A stretch of DNA of 64,000 nucleotides from Nitrospirota bacterium. Its GTDB lineage: Bacteria; Nitrospirota; UBA9217. The stretch spans positions 363,850-427,849 of the forward strand of contig CAWJQQ010000006.1 of assembly GCA_963845065.1 (NCBI GenBank), written 5' to 3'. The position numbers and the translations under genes were made by a program. The notes beneath the pieces are model-generated. The model was given only the letters and a program-made list of their open reading frames with translations, was not told the DNA's origin and made no database searches. This document shows, one piece after another, positions 63,341-64,000 of this stretch. Position 1 is the stretch's first letter. Every line of letters begins with the position of its first letter.

Positions 63341-63778
63341 CAGGCACTTCCTCTGGGCGATGAGATCGGCGACGTTTGCCGCATCCTTGCCGTCATTCTT
63401 GTCCCAGCGGCCGTCCAGAAGCTGCCGGTTGTTCCTGACCGCGACGACTCCTACAAGAACGACCATGTGTCCACACTTGGTCAGATGCTCCGCCAGAGGC
63501 TTGTGGTAGTTCCCTGTCGGTTCGATGCCGAAAACGACCGCCGCCAGTCTGTATTGAACTTTTATGCATTCAATAGAAGCGAGCAGCTTTTGAAACCCTT
63601 CATGTGTGTTGTCAAAGACGAGACTCTTAACCAGCGTCTTGCCCCGCGCTGTGCCGAAGAATGCATTGTGTCTCTCTTTCGCTGCATCAATGCCGACAAT
63701 CAGATACTTCTCTGAACCCCGGATCTCTTACTTCAATTGCTAAAACTGCTCAAGTCTGATATCATCAAGATAGTTCAT
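63341..63778 (-). pseudogene. IS110-family transposase, N-terminal DEDD part
   Basis: MNYLDDIRLEQF*QLK*EIRGSEKYLIVGIDAAKERH...FGIEPTGNYHK...DKNDGKDAANVADLIAQRKCL; two internal stops. Confidence 0.85.
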
Positions 63779-63915
63779 AGAAGCCTCCTGACTCTAGAAT
63801 TTTGATTCCATATAATCTAATTCTTAGCAGGAGGTTTCTATTTTGGGTAGATTGAAAGTGCACTATCCCTTATGCTTAATTGGGGAAGTCTAACCTCATG
63901 CTCTACCCATATATA

Positions 63916-63953
63916 ACTTACACCTCCAAGTGGGTGCGCCCTGCCGGGCGCAC
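63916..63953 (-). ncRNA. 5'-end fragment of a group IIC intron
   Basis: GTGCGCCCGGCAGGGCGCACCCACTTGGAGGTGTAAGT, starting 6 nt after a terminator U-tract, the typical IIC target context. Confidence 0.65.
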
Positions 63954-63959
63954 CACAAT

Positions 63960-63987
63960 AAAAAAGGCCCTATATAGGGCCTTTTTT
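63960..63987. terminator. Bidirectional rho-independent terminator
   Basis: AAAAAAGGCCCTATATAGGGCCTTTTTT. Confidence 0.8.
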
Positions 63988-64000
63988 CGGCGCATTCTTC

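Overview
Bacterial chromosomal window. Gene content (RomR-like regulator beside valS-nadC-birA-coaX, Pil-Chp-type chemosensory cluster, RNase J, DksA) suggests a Nitrospirota/Desulfobacterota-like lineage; this is inference only. The housekeeping backbone, mostly on the minus strand, is: partial ftsK, Zn-dependent dehydrogenase, lipid kinase, glgP, rnj, tRNA-Leu(GAG), ilvE, usp, ferritin-like protein, galT, coaX, birA, nadC, valS, the romR/che cluster, icd, mnmA, HU, ftsH, Smr, GAF-HD-GYP and dksA. It carries many mobile elements: intact IS1634, IS481-like and IS4 copies with terminal repeats and target duplications, plus decayed IS110, IS630, ISL3 and IS1634 copies. It also has several host pseudogene fragments. 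Five observations stand out. (1) A DsbA/FrnE-family gene has an in-frame UGA at the first Cys of its CxxC motif, followed by a SECIS-like hairpin (probable selenoprotein, truncated by the ORF track). (2) A multi-layer nest at 56.6-64 kb: an intact RIT (three tyrosine recombinases, perfect 28-bp inverted repeats) and an intact integrase + IS91-like Y2 transposase unit lie inside one 6-bp direct repeat within an IS110 transposase. That IS110 abuts a group IIC intron 5' end located behind a terminator. (3) An ORF-less, decayed group IIC intron at 15.6-16.2 kb. (4) A perfect sigma-28 promoter in front of an almost arginine-free TPR protein. (5) A cell-wall hydrolase fusing a catalytically dead NlpC/P60 domain to an apparently intact DUF1460 amidase domain. 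No CRISPR array or rRNA was seen.
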